In this document: positions 10,213 to 19,242 of the stretch, one piece after another
Numbering within the stretch: position 1 is the stretch's first letter
Layout of the letters: each line of letters begins with the position of its first letter
DNA from: Patescibacteria group bacterium
Lineage (GTDB): Bacteria; Patescibacteriota; JACPGU01
Assembly (NCBI GenBank): GCA_041675145.1
Contig: JBAYUK010000002.1
Span: 152,530-216,529, forward strand
Reading direction: 5' to 3'
DNA: 64,000 nt
The notes under the pieces: generated by a model
The model's input: the letters and a program-made list of their open reading frames with translations, nothing else
What the model was told of the DNA's origin: nothing
Databases searched by the model: none
Position numbers and translations under genes: made by a program

Positions 10213-10440
10213 TCATCTACCCTAGACCGAGACCCCTCAGATTACATAACTTACAACCTACTGGAAAAGACCTCAACTGACCCAATACTGGAGGTTCTTG
10301 ACCGAAGTAGCCAGTTGTCTAGGGCACCCGAGAGCCTGTCCTGAGCCTGTCGAAGGAAGACCGGTCAGGAGCCCTACTAGGCTACAGAATCTCTGTAAAG
10401 TCTAGATAAGAAAAACCACCTCATATGGGTGGTTTTTCTT
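10209..10440 (+). repeat. Full junction repeat (5' half to CAG 10314, then 3' half) with a short REP-like insert at 10338-10357
   Basis: CTAGACCGAGACCCCTCAGATTACATAACTTA shared with 12285 and 28298; terminal hairpin 10408-10440. Confidence 0.92.
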
Positions 10441-11088
10441 TATAATTGTGGGTGGTTTTGGTATAGTATGCTTATTACACAGAAGATACTTAGTAGTAAT
10501 ACTGAAAACAAAATGATAACTAATTACGTTTCAGATATTGATAGTTGGGAGAAGTGGGAAAAAGAGTATCGTTATGGTCTTATCCTAGTCATGCCGCCAG
10601 AACCCACCTTCTCGATGGTTAATTCTCTTCGCGCAAAATATGATCCGAAATCCCAAGCTAGTTGTGATGCACATATTAGTTTATCAGTTCCAATCCCAAG
10701 ACCTGTAACTGAAGAAGATTGGGAAGAGTTACAAAACATCGCTTCAAAAATTGAACCATTTGAGATTAATTATGGTAAGCCCAAGGACTATCCGCCCTAT
10801 CCAGGAGTCGCTTATCCATTAGAAGACCAAACAGAATTAAATTCGGTGCGAGAGAAGATTGAAGCCGCTTCGTTATTTTCAGATGCTAAACCGAGAAAGT
10901 TTCCATTTAACCCACATATGACAATTGCAGAGTTTATCTCGAAAGAAGAAACCGTAGAGTTGTTAAAAGAACTAGAAAATAAAACGACTGCTGGCAGTTT
11001 TATGTGTGATGGGCTGGTTTATATTGTTCCTGATAAGAATATGTATTTTAATGTAGTGCGTAAACTTAACTTTGGGCAGAAAAAATAA
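10429..11088 (+). CDS. 2H phosphoesterase (2'-5' RNA ligase family); real start probably downstream (MITNY)
   Basis: Two HxS/T motifs: HISL and HMTI. Confidence 0.8.
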   Translation: MVFLYNCGWFWYSMLITQKILSSNTENKMITNYVSDIDSWEKWEKEYRYGLILVMPPEPTFSMVNSLRAKYDPKSQASCDAHISLSVPIPRPVTEEDWEELQNIASKIEPFEINYGKPKDYPPYPGVAYPLEDQTELNSVREKIEAASLFSDAKPRKFPFNPHMTIAEFISKEETVELLKELENKTTAGSFMCDGLVYIVPDKNMYFNVVRKLNFGQKK

Positions 11089-11204
11089 AGTAATTTGACA
11101 GAGAGATTAGTATTACCATGTAGAGCTTGAAGCTAAAGATGTGATTAGTTTAGTCAAAATAGTTTAGTGTTCCCCACCTTTTATCAATATTAAATTTAAT
11201 AGTA

Positions 11205-12269
11205 GTGAGTAGCTATATAGGAAAAGAATATATTGAAGATACGGAAAAAATAGAAGTACTTATTAAGTATAGTATTAGAGTTCCCGATAAGTTTGGGGAC
11301 TTCAATATGGATCTAAACAGTAGGCTGAAAGTGAGGGAAGGAAATGGAGTTCTATATATTAATATACATAGGAGTATATCGAAAAAACTATTTTCTGTTT
11401 TAGTAGAAGACTTTGCTAGTTCAGCAAAAGGCGATATCAGAGCAGCAGAGCGTTTAGTGCACCTGAGTGGTTATATAATTGGCTATATTCGCCCAACACT
11501 TCCTATTGTAGTTGATGAAATATATAAGAGAAAATATCTAGGGGGTCATATATTAACGCATTCTGTTTCAATGGTAGACGTATTTGATGTTAGTGTGTTG
11601 GATAGCCAAGGAAATGGGGTTGTCCTTGCATGGTGGCCTTCCACTATATCTTCTTTTCCTCCCTCTAGTGTTCTAGCCGCTGTATCAGATGCTGTATATA
11701 TTAGAGATTATATTGAGGTAATGGCAAGCTATTTTAACTACAATATAGATGATGGCATTAGAAGATCTATTACGTCTCTAGAAAATTACTTCATTCACTA
11801 CGGAGTAAAACCTAGTATAAAAAAAGGAAGATATCTTTATATAAAAAGGTTATTTCGCATGAAGGAAAGAAAGTTTAAAAGACTAGTTAACTATTTAGTT
11901 AGCGATAAGTATTACTCTATTAAAGAAAGTCATTTGAGAATACTAAGAAATAATATTTTATATATTTATCATGTCAGAAATAAAATAGTTCATGACAAGA
12001 CTCGAATATCGGCCTCTGATTCGTATATTGCAAAAAAGGCTATAGGTACGTTGTCTTATATTTATCAAAATACTATTACTTCGCAGAATCACTTAGAATA
12101 CATAAAGTCACTCACTCAGCAATTTATCGGTATAGAAGAAATATATTTTGGGATCAATTTAGATGAAATCGAACATCACAGAAGTAATACCAAGAAAGAA
12201 TCAAATTCTGATATAGATGATTTTATGTTTAGCGGCCTGGAGATAACTAAAGCTCAAAAAAAGTTTTAG
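11205..12269 (+). CDS. Hypothetical protein with HEPN-like RNase motif
   Basis: RNKIVH (Rx4H) with upstream 'ITSLE' helix; AT-rich gene. Confidence 0.5.
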   Translation: MSSYIGKEYIEDTEKIEVLIKYSIRVPDKFGDFNMDLNSRLKVREGNGVLYINIHRSISKKLFSVLVEDFASSAKGDIRAAERLVHLSGYIIGYIRPTLPIVVDEIYKRKYLGGHILTHSVSMVDVFDVSVLDSQGNGVVLAWWPSTISSFPPSSVLAAVSDAVYIRDYIEVMASYFNYNIDDGIRRSITSLENYFIHYGVKPSIKKGRYLYIKRLFRMKERKFKRLVNYLVSDKYYSIKESHLRILRNNILYIYHVRNKIVHDKTRISASDSYIAKKAIGTLSYIYQNTITSQNHLEYIKSLTQQFIGIEEIYFGINLDEIEHHRSNTKKESNSDIDDFMFSGLEITKAQKKF

Positions 12270-12280
12270 TAGCTTTATTT

Positions 12281-12480
12281 CACTCTAGACCGAGACCCCT
12301 CAGATTACATAACTTACAACCTACCGGAAAAGCCCTCAACTGACCCGATTGTGGAGGTTCTAGACCGAACTAGCCAGTTGTATAGGGCACCCGATCGAGA
12401 CTGGTCAGGAGCCCTACAAGGTTAGAGGATTAATGTAAAGTCTTGGTAGAAATAATCACCCAAAAAGGTGATTATTTCTA
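12281..12480 (+). repeat. Full junction repeat (CAG ends 12377)
   Basis: High identity to 10222-10440 and 28298-28494; terminal hairpin TAGAAATAATCACC/GGTGATTATTTCTA. Confidence 0.92.
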
Positions 12481-12511
12481 TGAAAAGTGTTCTGTGTTAG
12501 AATAATCTCAT

Positions 12512-12826
12512 ATGAAAAACGAAGACAAAGAATCTGTTATAGAATGGCTTCAGGTTTTTGGATGGGGAGTATTAGCTCTTTCCCTATTTCTATTCATTGG
12601 ATTTATATATGCGTTAAGAGTATATCCTGGCACAGCATCAGTGTTCTATCTTATCTTTCCTATTGCAGGTTTTGCCTGCTTGATAGACTACGCAGTATTG
12701 TTTCTTATTCGAACCCAATATAGCCAAGGAAGAAAATACTTATTAATTCCAGGCATTTTATTTGTGCTTATAACACTCGTCCTTATTTTGGCATTTGCTG
12801 CAGGGCCACTTATTGGGCTTTTATAG
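12512..12826 (+). CDS. Small membrane protein (3 TM)
   Basis: Three hydrophobic segments; -10 TAGAAT upstream. Confidence 0.55.
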   Translation: MKNEDKESVIEWLQVFGWGVLALSLFLFIGFIYALRVYPGTASVFYLIFPIAGFACLIDYAVLFLIRTQYSQGRKYLLIPGILFVLITLVLILAFAAGPLIGLL

Positions 12827-12850
12827 AATTTAGATTGGGCTTATTTTCAT

Positions 12851-12910
12851 TTGACCATGTAGGGTCAGTGACACATAAAACACGCCAAAAGGCGTGTTTT
12901 ATGATATAAT
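12851..12910 (+). repeat. Type-B end motif: hairpin CATAAAACACGC/GCGTGTTTTATG plus extended -10
   Basis: Same hairpin at 17921, 29154 and 29974; followed by TATAAT. Confidence 0.85.
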
Positions 12911-12930
12911 AAATACAATATGCTCGTAAT

Positions 12931-13677
12931 ATGGATAAAAAAATGATTAGCAAAAAATCTATTCTATATATTAGCGCTCTGACTTTATTGCTAGCAATCA
13001 TAGGTGTTGGGTACTTCCTATCGACAAAAAACTCGCAACCGAGCACAACAATTAATACGCTTACTAACTCTAATGGCAATGATGCCTCCAGTGAGGAAAC
13101 TGAAAAAGAGACGGAGCCAGCTACTAATACTCAGACTATGGCCTCAGAAGACGTCAGCGCACAGACTATCAAAAAACTCCCTCTTGGAGGTAGTGTCTTA
13201 CAGGCAAAAAATAAACCAGGATACGAATACTATATTTGGCGAAACAACGAGATCGCCTATAGCGTATTTCATAATAAAGAAAAAAGTGTTAATGGAAATG
13301 CAGAAGGATTTTTCAGTCTTTCAAAAATAGGTCTTCGCCCTATAGCATTTAAGATTTATAAAGTATCAGAGCCAAGTTTAGAGTCATTTATTCAAAATCG
13401 CTACCATGAAGACGCTTCTGGTAATGGAGGGTATGATGGTCTTTTTAAGCTAAATAATCCAGGCAGTTCATTTGAAGAAGTTAAGCCTTTTGCAAAACCA
13501 CAAGGAGTACAAGATGCTCAATATATAAAAATAGGTCAATATGGCAGCGACTTGATGCAAATACACGAAGTCTGCTATATCTATTTCCACTCATATATAC
13601 TTGAAGGTTCATCTTGTCACTATGACGACTATAGTGATTTTATTAATTCTGGAGCTTTCCGGATCTACAAACTATAA
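12931..13677 (+). CDS. Membrane-anchored exported hypothetical protein
   Basis: N-terminal TM helix, S/T/E-rich linker, globular domain. Confidence 0.6.
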   Translation: MDKKMISKKSILYISALTLLLAIIGVGYFLSTKNSQPSTTINTLTNSNGNDASSEETEKETEPATNTQTMASEDVSAQTIKKLPLGGSVLQAKNKPGYEYYIWRNNEIAYSVFHNKEKSVNGNAEGFFSLSKIGLRPIAFKIYKVSEPSLESFIQNRYHEDASGNGGYDGLFKLNNPGSSFEEVKPFAKPQGVQDAQYIKIGQYGSDLMQIHEVCYIYFHSYILEGSSCHYDDYSDFINSGAFRIYKL

Positions 13678-13694
13678 GCTCACATAAAATCAAA

Positions 13695-13913
13695 ATGAAC
13701 AATATGATAATATTTGGAATTATTGGCCTACTTGGGATCTCCGCTGCCGTCTGGGTCAAAGATGAAAGACGACAGGATATCCTCTTTATTATCGGCGGTG
13801 CTTTTCTGCTCGCCTACAGCATCTACATTAACGATGCGATCTTCATTGCTCTGCAGATTATTTTTATTGTTTCGACCCTCTTTGAGTTAATTAAGATAAA
13901 TAAAACTAAGTAA
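13695..13913 (+). CDS. Small membrane protein
   Basis: 72 aa with three hydrophobic helices. Confidence 0.55.
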   Translation: MNNMIIFGIIGLLGISAAVWVKDERRQDILFIIGGAFLLAYSIYINDAIFIALQIIFIVSTLFELIKINKTK

Positions 13914-13957
13914 CTATAGTTATTACATCGGCTGAGAAATAACGCTCAAGCTCTAAC

Positions 13958-15730
13958 CTAAGTTATTCTAACCTTACTTGCTTCATATAGTTCTCTAAAT
14001 AGGCCGCCATTCCTCTTTAGTTTTTCAAATGGACCGTTCTCAATAATGCATCCATCGCTGAGTACTATAATGGTATCGAATGAGTCGAGCATGGAATATT
14101 TGTGTGTTACATAGAGTAGGGTAAGGTCTGGGTATGCCTTCATGATATTTCCAACGACTTCTCGTTCAGTCTTTGGATCAAGGCTGGCAGTTGCCTCGTC
14201 GAGGATCAAGACGGGGTGATTTTGGAAAAGGGCACGTGCTATACCAATACGCTGTCGCTCTCCGCCAGAGATATTTAACGAACCTTCAAATAGCTGTTCG
14301 TCTACTCCCCTTGGTAATTGATTGATAAATTCCCCAAGACAGCAGATTCTTAGTAGCTCGCTTAGTTCTCCATCACTAGGGGACTCTGAGCTTGACGAGA
14401 TGTTTTCTCGTATGGTACCTCGGAATAGTTGCACTTCCTGCGGAACTATGCTAAAAACATCAACAATATCTTTTCCGTTTAGTTTGCGATACTCAATGTT
14501 ATTGATCGTAACCGATCCTTGGTAATCGGTAATTGCTTTTAATATTACATCGAGTAGGGTTGATTTTCCGCCTCCAGTATGTCCGACAATAGCAATCTTC
14601 TCCTTTTCTTTTATTGTGAAACTAGCGTTGGTTAGATTTTCTCGCTCGTCACGAGAGACTCCTACATTAGACAGAGCAAGCTTTTTAAAACGATCCTTGA
14701 GTAGACCTGTTTTTACTAGAGATTGTCCTTCAAGGGGTATAGCAATCTCTTCGTTGAAGCGCTGGAGTGCCGTCGCTCTTTCAGAGAAACTTTCCAAGTA
14801 GCCCACCAGGGTGCCTATCTGCCCCGATAGTTTACCAACGAAGGCAAGAACAACGGTCATAGTTCCGATGGTGAAGTTTCCGTTCATAACATTCGTCACA
14901 CAGAAAATAAATACCAGGATCATAGTCACTTGTTCTAGTTGTCCATTGTTGTACCATTTGCGTAAGCTGCGTCGAATTACTTCGGTACGTTTTTTATATG
15001 ATTCCTCTATTTTTTCTGCGATATCGGCTTGTTGTTTGGCAAATAAGTTAAGATAGAAGACCGTCTTGAAGTTGTTCAAAAATTCGACAATTCCACCCGT
15101 TAGAGCTTCTTCTTTCTTTGACCATTCTATTCTGGCCTTTTCTTCTCTTCTTCCAAATACGATAACATTTACTATCGAGAGTCCTGAGGTTATAAGGAAA
15201 ATAACCAAAATAAGTGGCTTAATAAATGCAGTAGACATCAGAATACCTATCACTGATCCAACAGAGCTTAAGTAGCGATGGAGGATATCGTCAGTCAGAC
15301 GATATATGCTGTCATATGCAGAATCAATAATCTTTAAAAACACCCCGCGATTTTTTAGTTTAAAGAAATCGATCGGAGCATTTTCGAATAATCGGATCGC
15401 GTCGTTTCTGAAGTCTCGGCCAACTTTGGCTGCGATATTGAGACATTTGGATACTGTAATAATGCTTATTGCGGGAGAGATAAACAAGAACACTACATAT
15501 ATTACCAATAGTGTGTAGAGTTCTCTGGAACTGAAATCTCCGGTAGCTAACGCATCAATAATAGCACCGAAAATAATTGGAGTAGCTATTCCAATACCAA
15601 CGAGAATAGTTTGAATAAAAAACCAAAACCAATAGCTCGGATAGCGATTTATATATCGAATGGTGAGCCTGAGGGCGTATAGGTCGTTTTTTGTCATGAT
15701 TATTTGGATTGTATCATAAGATACCCCCAT
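13958..15730 (-). CDS. ABC exporter, fused permease and ATPase
   Basis: TM domain, GHTGGGKST, ISGGERQR, LILDEATASLD. Confidence 0.92.
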   Translation of the reverse strand: MGVSYDTIQIIMTKNDLYALRLTIRYINRYPSYWFWFFIQTILVGIGIATPIIFGAIIDALATGDFSSRELYTLLVIYVVFLFISPAISIITVSKCLNIAAKVGRDFRNDAIRLFENAPIDFFKLKNRGVFLKIIDSAYDSIYRLTDDILHRYLSSVGSVIGILMSTAFIKPLILVIFLITSGLSIVNVIVFGRREEKARIEWSKKEEALTGGIVEFLNNFKTVFYLNLFAKQQADIAEKIEESYKKRTEVIRRSLRKWYNNGQLEQVTMILVFIFCVTNVMNGNFTIGTMTVVLAFVGKLSGQIGTLVGYLESFSERATALQRFNEEIAIPLEGQSLVKTGLLKDRFKKLALSNVGVSRDERENLTNASFTIKEKEKIAIVGHTGGGKSTLLDVILKAITDYQGSVTINNIEYRKLNGKDIVDVFSIVPQEVQLFRGTIRENISSSSESPSDGELSELLRICCLGEFINQLPRGVDEQLFEGSLNISGGERQRIGIARALFQNHPVLILDEATASLDPKTEREVVGNIMKAYPDLTLLYVTHKYSMLDSFDTIIVLSDGCIIENGPFEKLKRNGGLFRELYEASKVRIT

Positions 15731-15763
15731 TTTTAGTATCCTTTATGATATAATGCACACATT

Positions 15764-16840
15764 ATGGCAATCATTATTTCAAAAAACGGCAAGGATGCGA
15801 AAAAAGTAGATAAGTCTACTTTTGATAGAGAAGACTATCTCCAGCAGTATATTTATGACAATCCGGAAAGCATACCGCTTTATGAGATCAGAGAAGATAT
15901 ACGGATGGTGATTCTAGCTCGCGAGTTTAATACAAATAGTGGTCCTATTGATGCTATTGGATTTGATAAAGACGGAGAAATATACATTGTTGAAACAAAA
16001 CTCTACAAGAATCCAGACAAGAGGACAGTTGTCGCTCAAGCACTAGATTATGGTGCTGCCCTCTGGAGACACGCCAACGATTTTAATGTATTTATCGATA
16101 CACTGAATGCATATACGAGCAAGCATTTCCAGCAAAGCGTACAAGAAAAGTTGCAGAATTTCTATGAGATCTCAGAAGATGAATCGTTAAAGATAGTCGA
16201 AAAAGTTCGAACAAATCTCAACGACGGCATATTTCATTTTGTAGTACTCATGGATCAGCTGAGCGATAGACTCAAAGACCTGGTTGTATATGTGAACCAA
16301 AACAGTCAATTTGATATCTATGCAGTCGAACTCGAATATTATCGTCATGAAGAACATGAAATTATTATTCCAAAGATCTTTGGTGCAGAGGTGAAAAAAG
16401 ACATCAAGGTATCTACCTCAAATAGCGCTCGCAAAAGATGGAGTGAAGACGAACTTCTGAATGCCGCAAAAAGCACATTATCTTCTGAGGGATATGCCGC
16501 CTTTGAAAAGTTGTATGTGTTTTCAAAGGAGCATGCGGATAATGTTAGTTTTGGCACTGGTACATCTTCGGGATCATTTAGTCCTATTTTTAGCAGTGTT
16601 TGCCCACGCTCTCTTTTTACACTTCGCACTAACGGCACACTGAGTCTTAACTTCCAATGGATTAATGGCTACGATGGAGCAGAGGAATTCCGCAGTCTGT
16701 ATTTTGATAAGATGAGGCAAATAGGGTTGGACTTGTTGCCTGCTGATATTGAGAAGTACCCAAATTTTTCATTAGACCAATGGCTGCAATACTCTGACAA
16801 TATCCTCGCCGTGTTGAGTGATATTACGAGGTTAAAATAG
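15764..16840 (+). CDS. PD-(D/E)xK endonuclease (NucS/DUF91-like) domain protein
   Basis: E..LQ, REF..GPIDA...IVETK...VVAQALDY. Confidence 0.65.
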   Translation: MAIIISKNGKDAKKVDKSTFDREDYLQQYIYDNPESIPLYEIREDIRMVILAREFNTNSGPIDAIGFDKDGEIYIVETKLYKNPDKRTVVAQALDYGAALWRHANDFNVFIDTLNAYTSKHFQQSVQEKLQNFYEISEDESLKIVEKVRTNLNDGIFHFVVLMDQLSDRLKDLVVYVNQNSQFDIYAVELEYYRHEEHEIIIPKIFGAEVKKDIKVSTSNSARKRWSEDELLNAAKSTLSSEGYAAFEKLYVFSKEHADNVSFGTGTSSGSFSPIFSSVCPRSLFTLRTNGTLSLNFQWINGYDGAEEFRSLYFDKMRQIGLDLLPADIEKYPNFSLDQWLQYSDNILAVLSDITRLK

Positions 16841-16907
16841 TTAACTATCAGGACAGTACCCGACCAATAATGGTCGGGATTGTTACATACACCAAGAGCT
16901 TCACACC

Positions 16908-17819
16908 ATGCTAATTATATTTGTAGTTTTTCTCCAGTCTCTATTGTTCGCTATCTTTAATCTAAATATCCGTAAACTTGAGGAGCAAGGGGTTTCTGCC
17001 CATACCATTGCCGGGCTACAACGGTACGCAGTTATCCCGTCAGCCATGCTTTTGCTAGTAACATATAAGCATGAATATCTCTTGATTCTATTACGAAATC
17101 CCGAGTCTTTTTGGTGGATAGCAGGTATCGCATTTTTTTGGGGTATCGCTCAATATATTGGATATACTGTTATTAATTCAGCAAGCTCTCTTTCTATAGT
17201 AAGTACATTTAGTTCGTTAATAGGAATTCCTGTTATGGTGGCAATGGGCGTGTTAATTAATAATGACTATCCAAACCCTTTAATTATTGTTGCTTTGATG
17301 TTGTTGGTTGTGGCAATTATCATCAAGCCTACTCAACATAATGAAAATAAGCTCCATCTTCTCAAATATAGTTTAATTATGGTTATTAGTCTTGTGTTCA
17401 CGAGCAATGTTGGTCATGCGTTAGACGGGGCTCTCTACAAGAATCTTCTTTATGTACTTGATTCGAGAGCGGTGCTCTTTGGTATCTCGGTTTATACGTT
17501 TGTAACTTCGGCAACATTGGGCGTGATATATCTTTTACCGATATTTAGGAAACCATCAAAAGAAGAACAAGCACTAGTTAAAAAACACTTTTTGGTAGCA
17601 TATTCTATACCTGTTTTTTGGTTTATTGCATCAATTCCAGAAGGATACTCATTTGCAAATCTACCATTATTTACCTTGAGCGCGCTCGGTGCGTTTGGTT
17701 TCCTGATCAAGATGTGTTCTGACCTTACAAATAAACGTCTTGCCTGGAGTTGGCGCACCGCTTTATTCATTGCAATTATTATTGCGAGTATTGTTTTCTC
17801 AGCTCTTTCTTTGCAATAA
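16908..17819 (+). CDS. EamA/DMT-like membrane transporter
   Basis: 303 aa, about 10 TM segments in two halves. Confidence 0.5.
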   Translation: MLIIFVVFLQSLLFAIFNLNIRKLEEQGVSAHTIAGLQRYAVIPSAMLLLVTYKHEYLLILLRNPESFWWIAGIAFFWGIAQYIGYTVINSASSLSIVSTFSSLIGIPVMVAMGVLINNDYPNPLIIVALMLLVVAIIIKPTQHNENKLHLLKYSLIMVISLVFTSNVGHALDGALYKNLLYVLDSRAVLFGISVYTFVTSATLGVIYLLPIFRKPSKEEQALVKKHFLVAYSIPVFWFIASIPEGYSFANLPLFTLSALGAFGFLIKMCSDLTNKRLAWSWRTALFIAIIIASIVFSALSLQ

Positions 17820-17829
17820 CTAATTTTTA

Positions 17830-17960
17830 ATAGACCGAGAACTGCCAGTTACTCCTGGCAGCAGACCGAAAGGTCTATTCCGCCAGGTTAGAAATCGTTC
17901 GAGCCCGAGACGGATCGAACACATAAAACACGCTACAATTAGCGTGTTTTATGTTAAAAT
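17830..17960 (+). repeat. Variant junction (CAG ends 17848) with type-B hairpin/promoter; probable left end of the recombinase element
   Basis: ATAGACCGAGA(A)CTGCCAG matches 28373-28390; GGCAnCnGACCGAnAGG in register with other copies; hairpin 17921-17954 then TAAAAT. Confidence 0.8.
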
Positions 17961-17966
17961 AGAATC

Positions 17967-18440
17967 ATGGAGCCATCAAAATCTCAAAGAAAATACGAAG
18001 AACTTCAACGATCCTGTGCCAGGATAGAGGATCTCTATAAGGGTTTGATTATAAATAATGAAGGGCAGGACACTCTTCAATCACCAAAAGATATCTTACT
18101 GAATTTCTTTAGGGTTTGTTATGAGCTGAAAGAAGCTTTAAAAAGAGATCCTACTCTACCTATAGAATTTAAGGATGGGGTCGAGAAGTTTTGGAAAACT
18201 AATAGATATGCTGCGCTTAGCCTTGATGTTGCCAATCAGGAAAAACATATTACTCTTGGCAGTAATAATAAGTCAGGCCATAGGATTGGTAAGATTAATA
18301 CCCAGATACATTCATTATCACCCGACGGAAAGCCTGATCATACTAGAGTAACTATTGAGATAGATGGTGTGGCACAGGATGGTCTAGATCTGGCTAAGAA
18401 AGTTTTACTGGCTTGGAAGGAACTATATGAAAAGATATAG
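17967..18440 (+). CDS. Hypothetical protein, possible HEPN-like fold
   Basis: NFFRVCYELKE...ANQEKH pattern. Confidence 0.4.
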   Translation: MEPSKSQRKYEELQRSCARIEDLYKGLIINNEGQDTLQSPKDILLNFFRVCYELKEALKRDPTLPIEFKDGVEKFWKTNRYAALSLDVANQEKHITLGSNNKSGHRIGKINTQIHSLSPDGKPDHTRVTIEIDGVAQDGLDLAKKVLLAWKELYEKI

Positions 18441-19242
18441 AGTATCAAACTTTTATATAAACACAGAAGGAAATCTGCTAAGAAATTTACCCCAAGGCTT
18501 GGGGCCAGATGATGTGAATTACCAATCTTTTGTTGAAAGATATGGAAAAAGGGATTTTGATCAAAAATTGCAACGATATCTAAGCATTGAGAATCCAGTA
18601 CTTTCTGTAGTACAGGATCACATCCCTTTATTAGAAGAGATTAATAACTCATATGTAGCTGGAAATTTTTATTCATGTTTAACGGCCGCATGTTGTCTTG
18701 GAGAGAGAATATTTAATGATGTATTCTTTGCCATAAACGGCGATCATAAATCTTCTGATTGGTATAGAAAATACTGGAATAAGGGGGTAATACAGAACTG
18801 GCCAGATGGAATTAGTATGTTACATGAATGGAAGGTTATAGATGAAGAAACAAGAAAGAAGTATCTACTGCTCTATAAATTGCGAACCTATTCGGTTCAC
18901 TTTCAGAAAAGTGAACAGGACTTCGAGAAGATGTCGTTTGAGGCTATCGAGATAATTAATTGTATCGTCAGAAGAATATTTGGTATGAATGAGTATAGAA
19001 AGGATATACTTATTCATTTCGAAGTTCCAGGAGAGATATTCATAAGAAAAGGAGCTGAGTTGCTGCCTATAGTAAAAGCGTTTTATATACCCGCATCCCA
19101 CAAGTTGGGATATATGTATAAGGTTGAGTCTACTGCAAATCCGGGCCAATATCAGATCACAGATGACAACGAATACGAAAGCAAAGAAATTACGGACGAA
19201 GAATTTGTAGTTTTAAGGAATAACTTCGTTAGTAATCCTTAG
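18427..19242 (+). CDS. Hypothetical protein, HEPN/DUF4145-like
   Basis: E..SY..GNFYSCL.....E and LRTYSVH (Rx4H). Confidence 0.45.
   Translation: MKRYRVSNFYINTEGNLLRNLPQGLGPDDVNYQSFVERYGKRDFDQKLQRYLSIENPVLSVVQDHIPLLEEINNSYVAGNFYSCLTAACCLGERIFNDVFFAINGDHKSSDWYRKYWNKGVIQNWPDGISMLHEWKVIDEETRKKYLLLYKLRTYSVHFQKSEQDFEKMSFEAIEIINCIVRRIFGMNEYRKDILIHFEVPGEIFIRKGAELLPIVKAFYIPASHKLGYMYKVESTANPGQYQITDDNEYESKEITDEEFVVLRNNFVSNP

Noticed and set aside
10290-10314. Repeat 5' half as a tRNA or tmRNA (GGTTC...GCCA end)
   Set aside because: No cloverleaf or T-stem forms; the similarity is limited to in-register bases and is better read as a recombination half-site.
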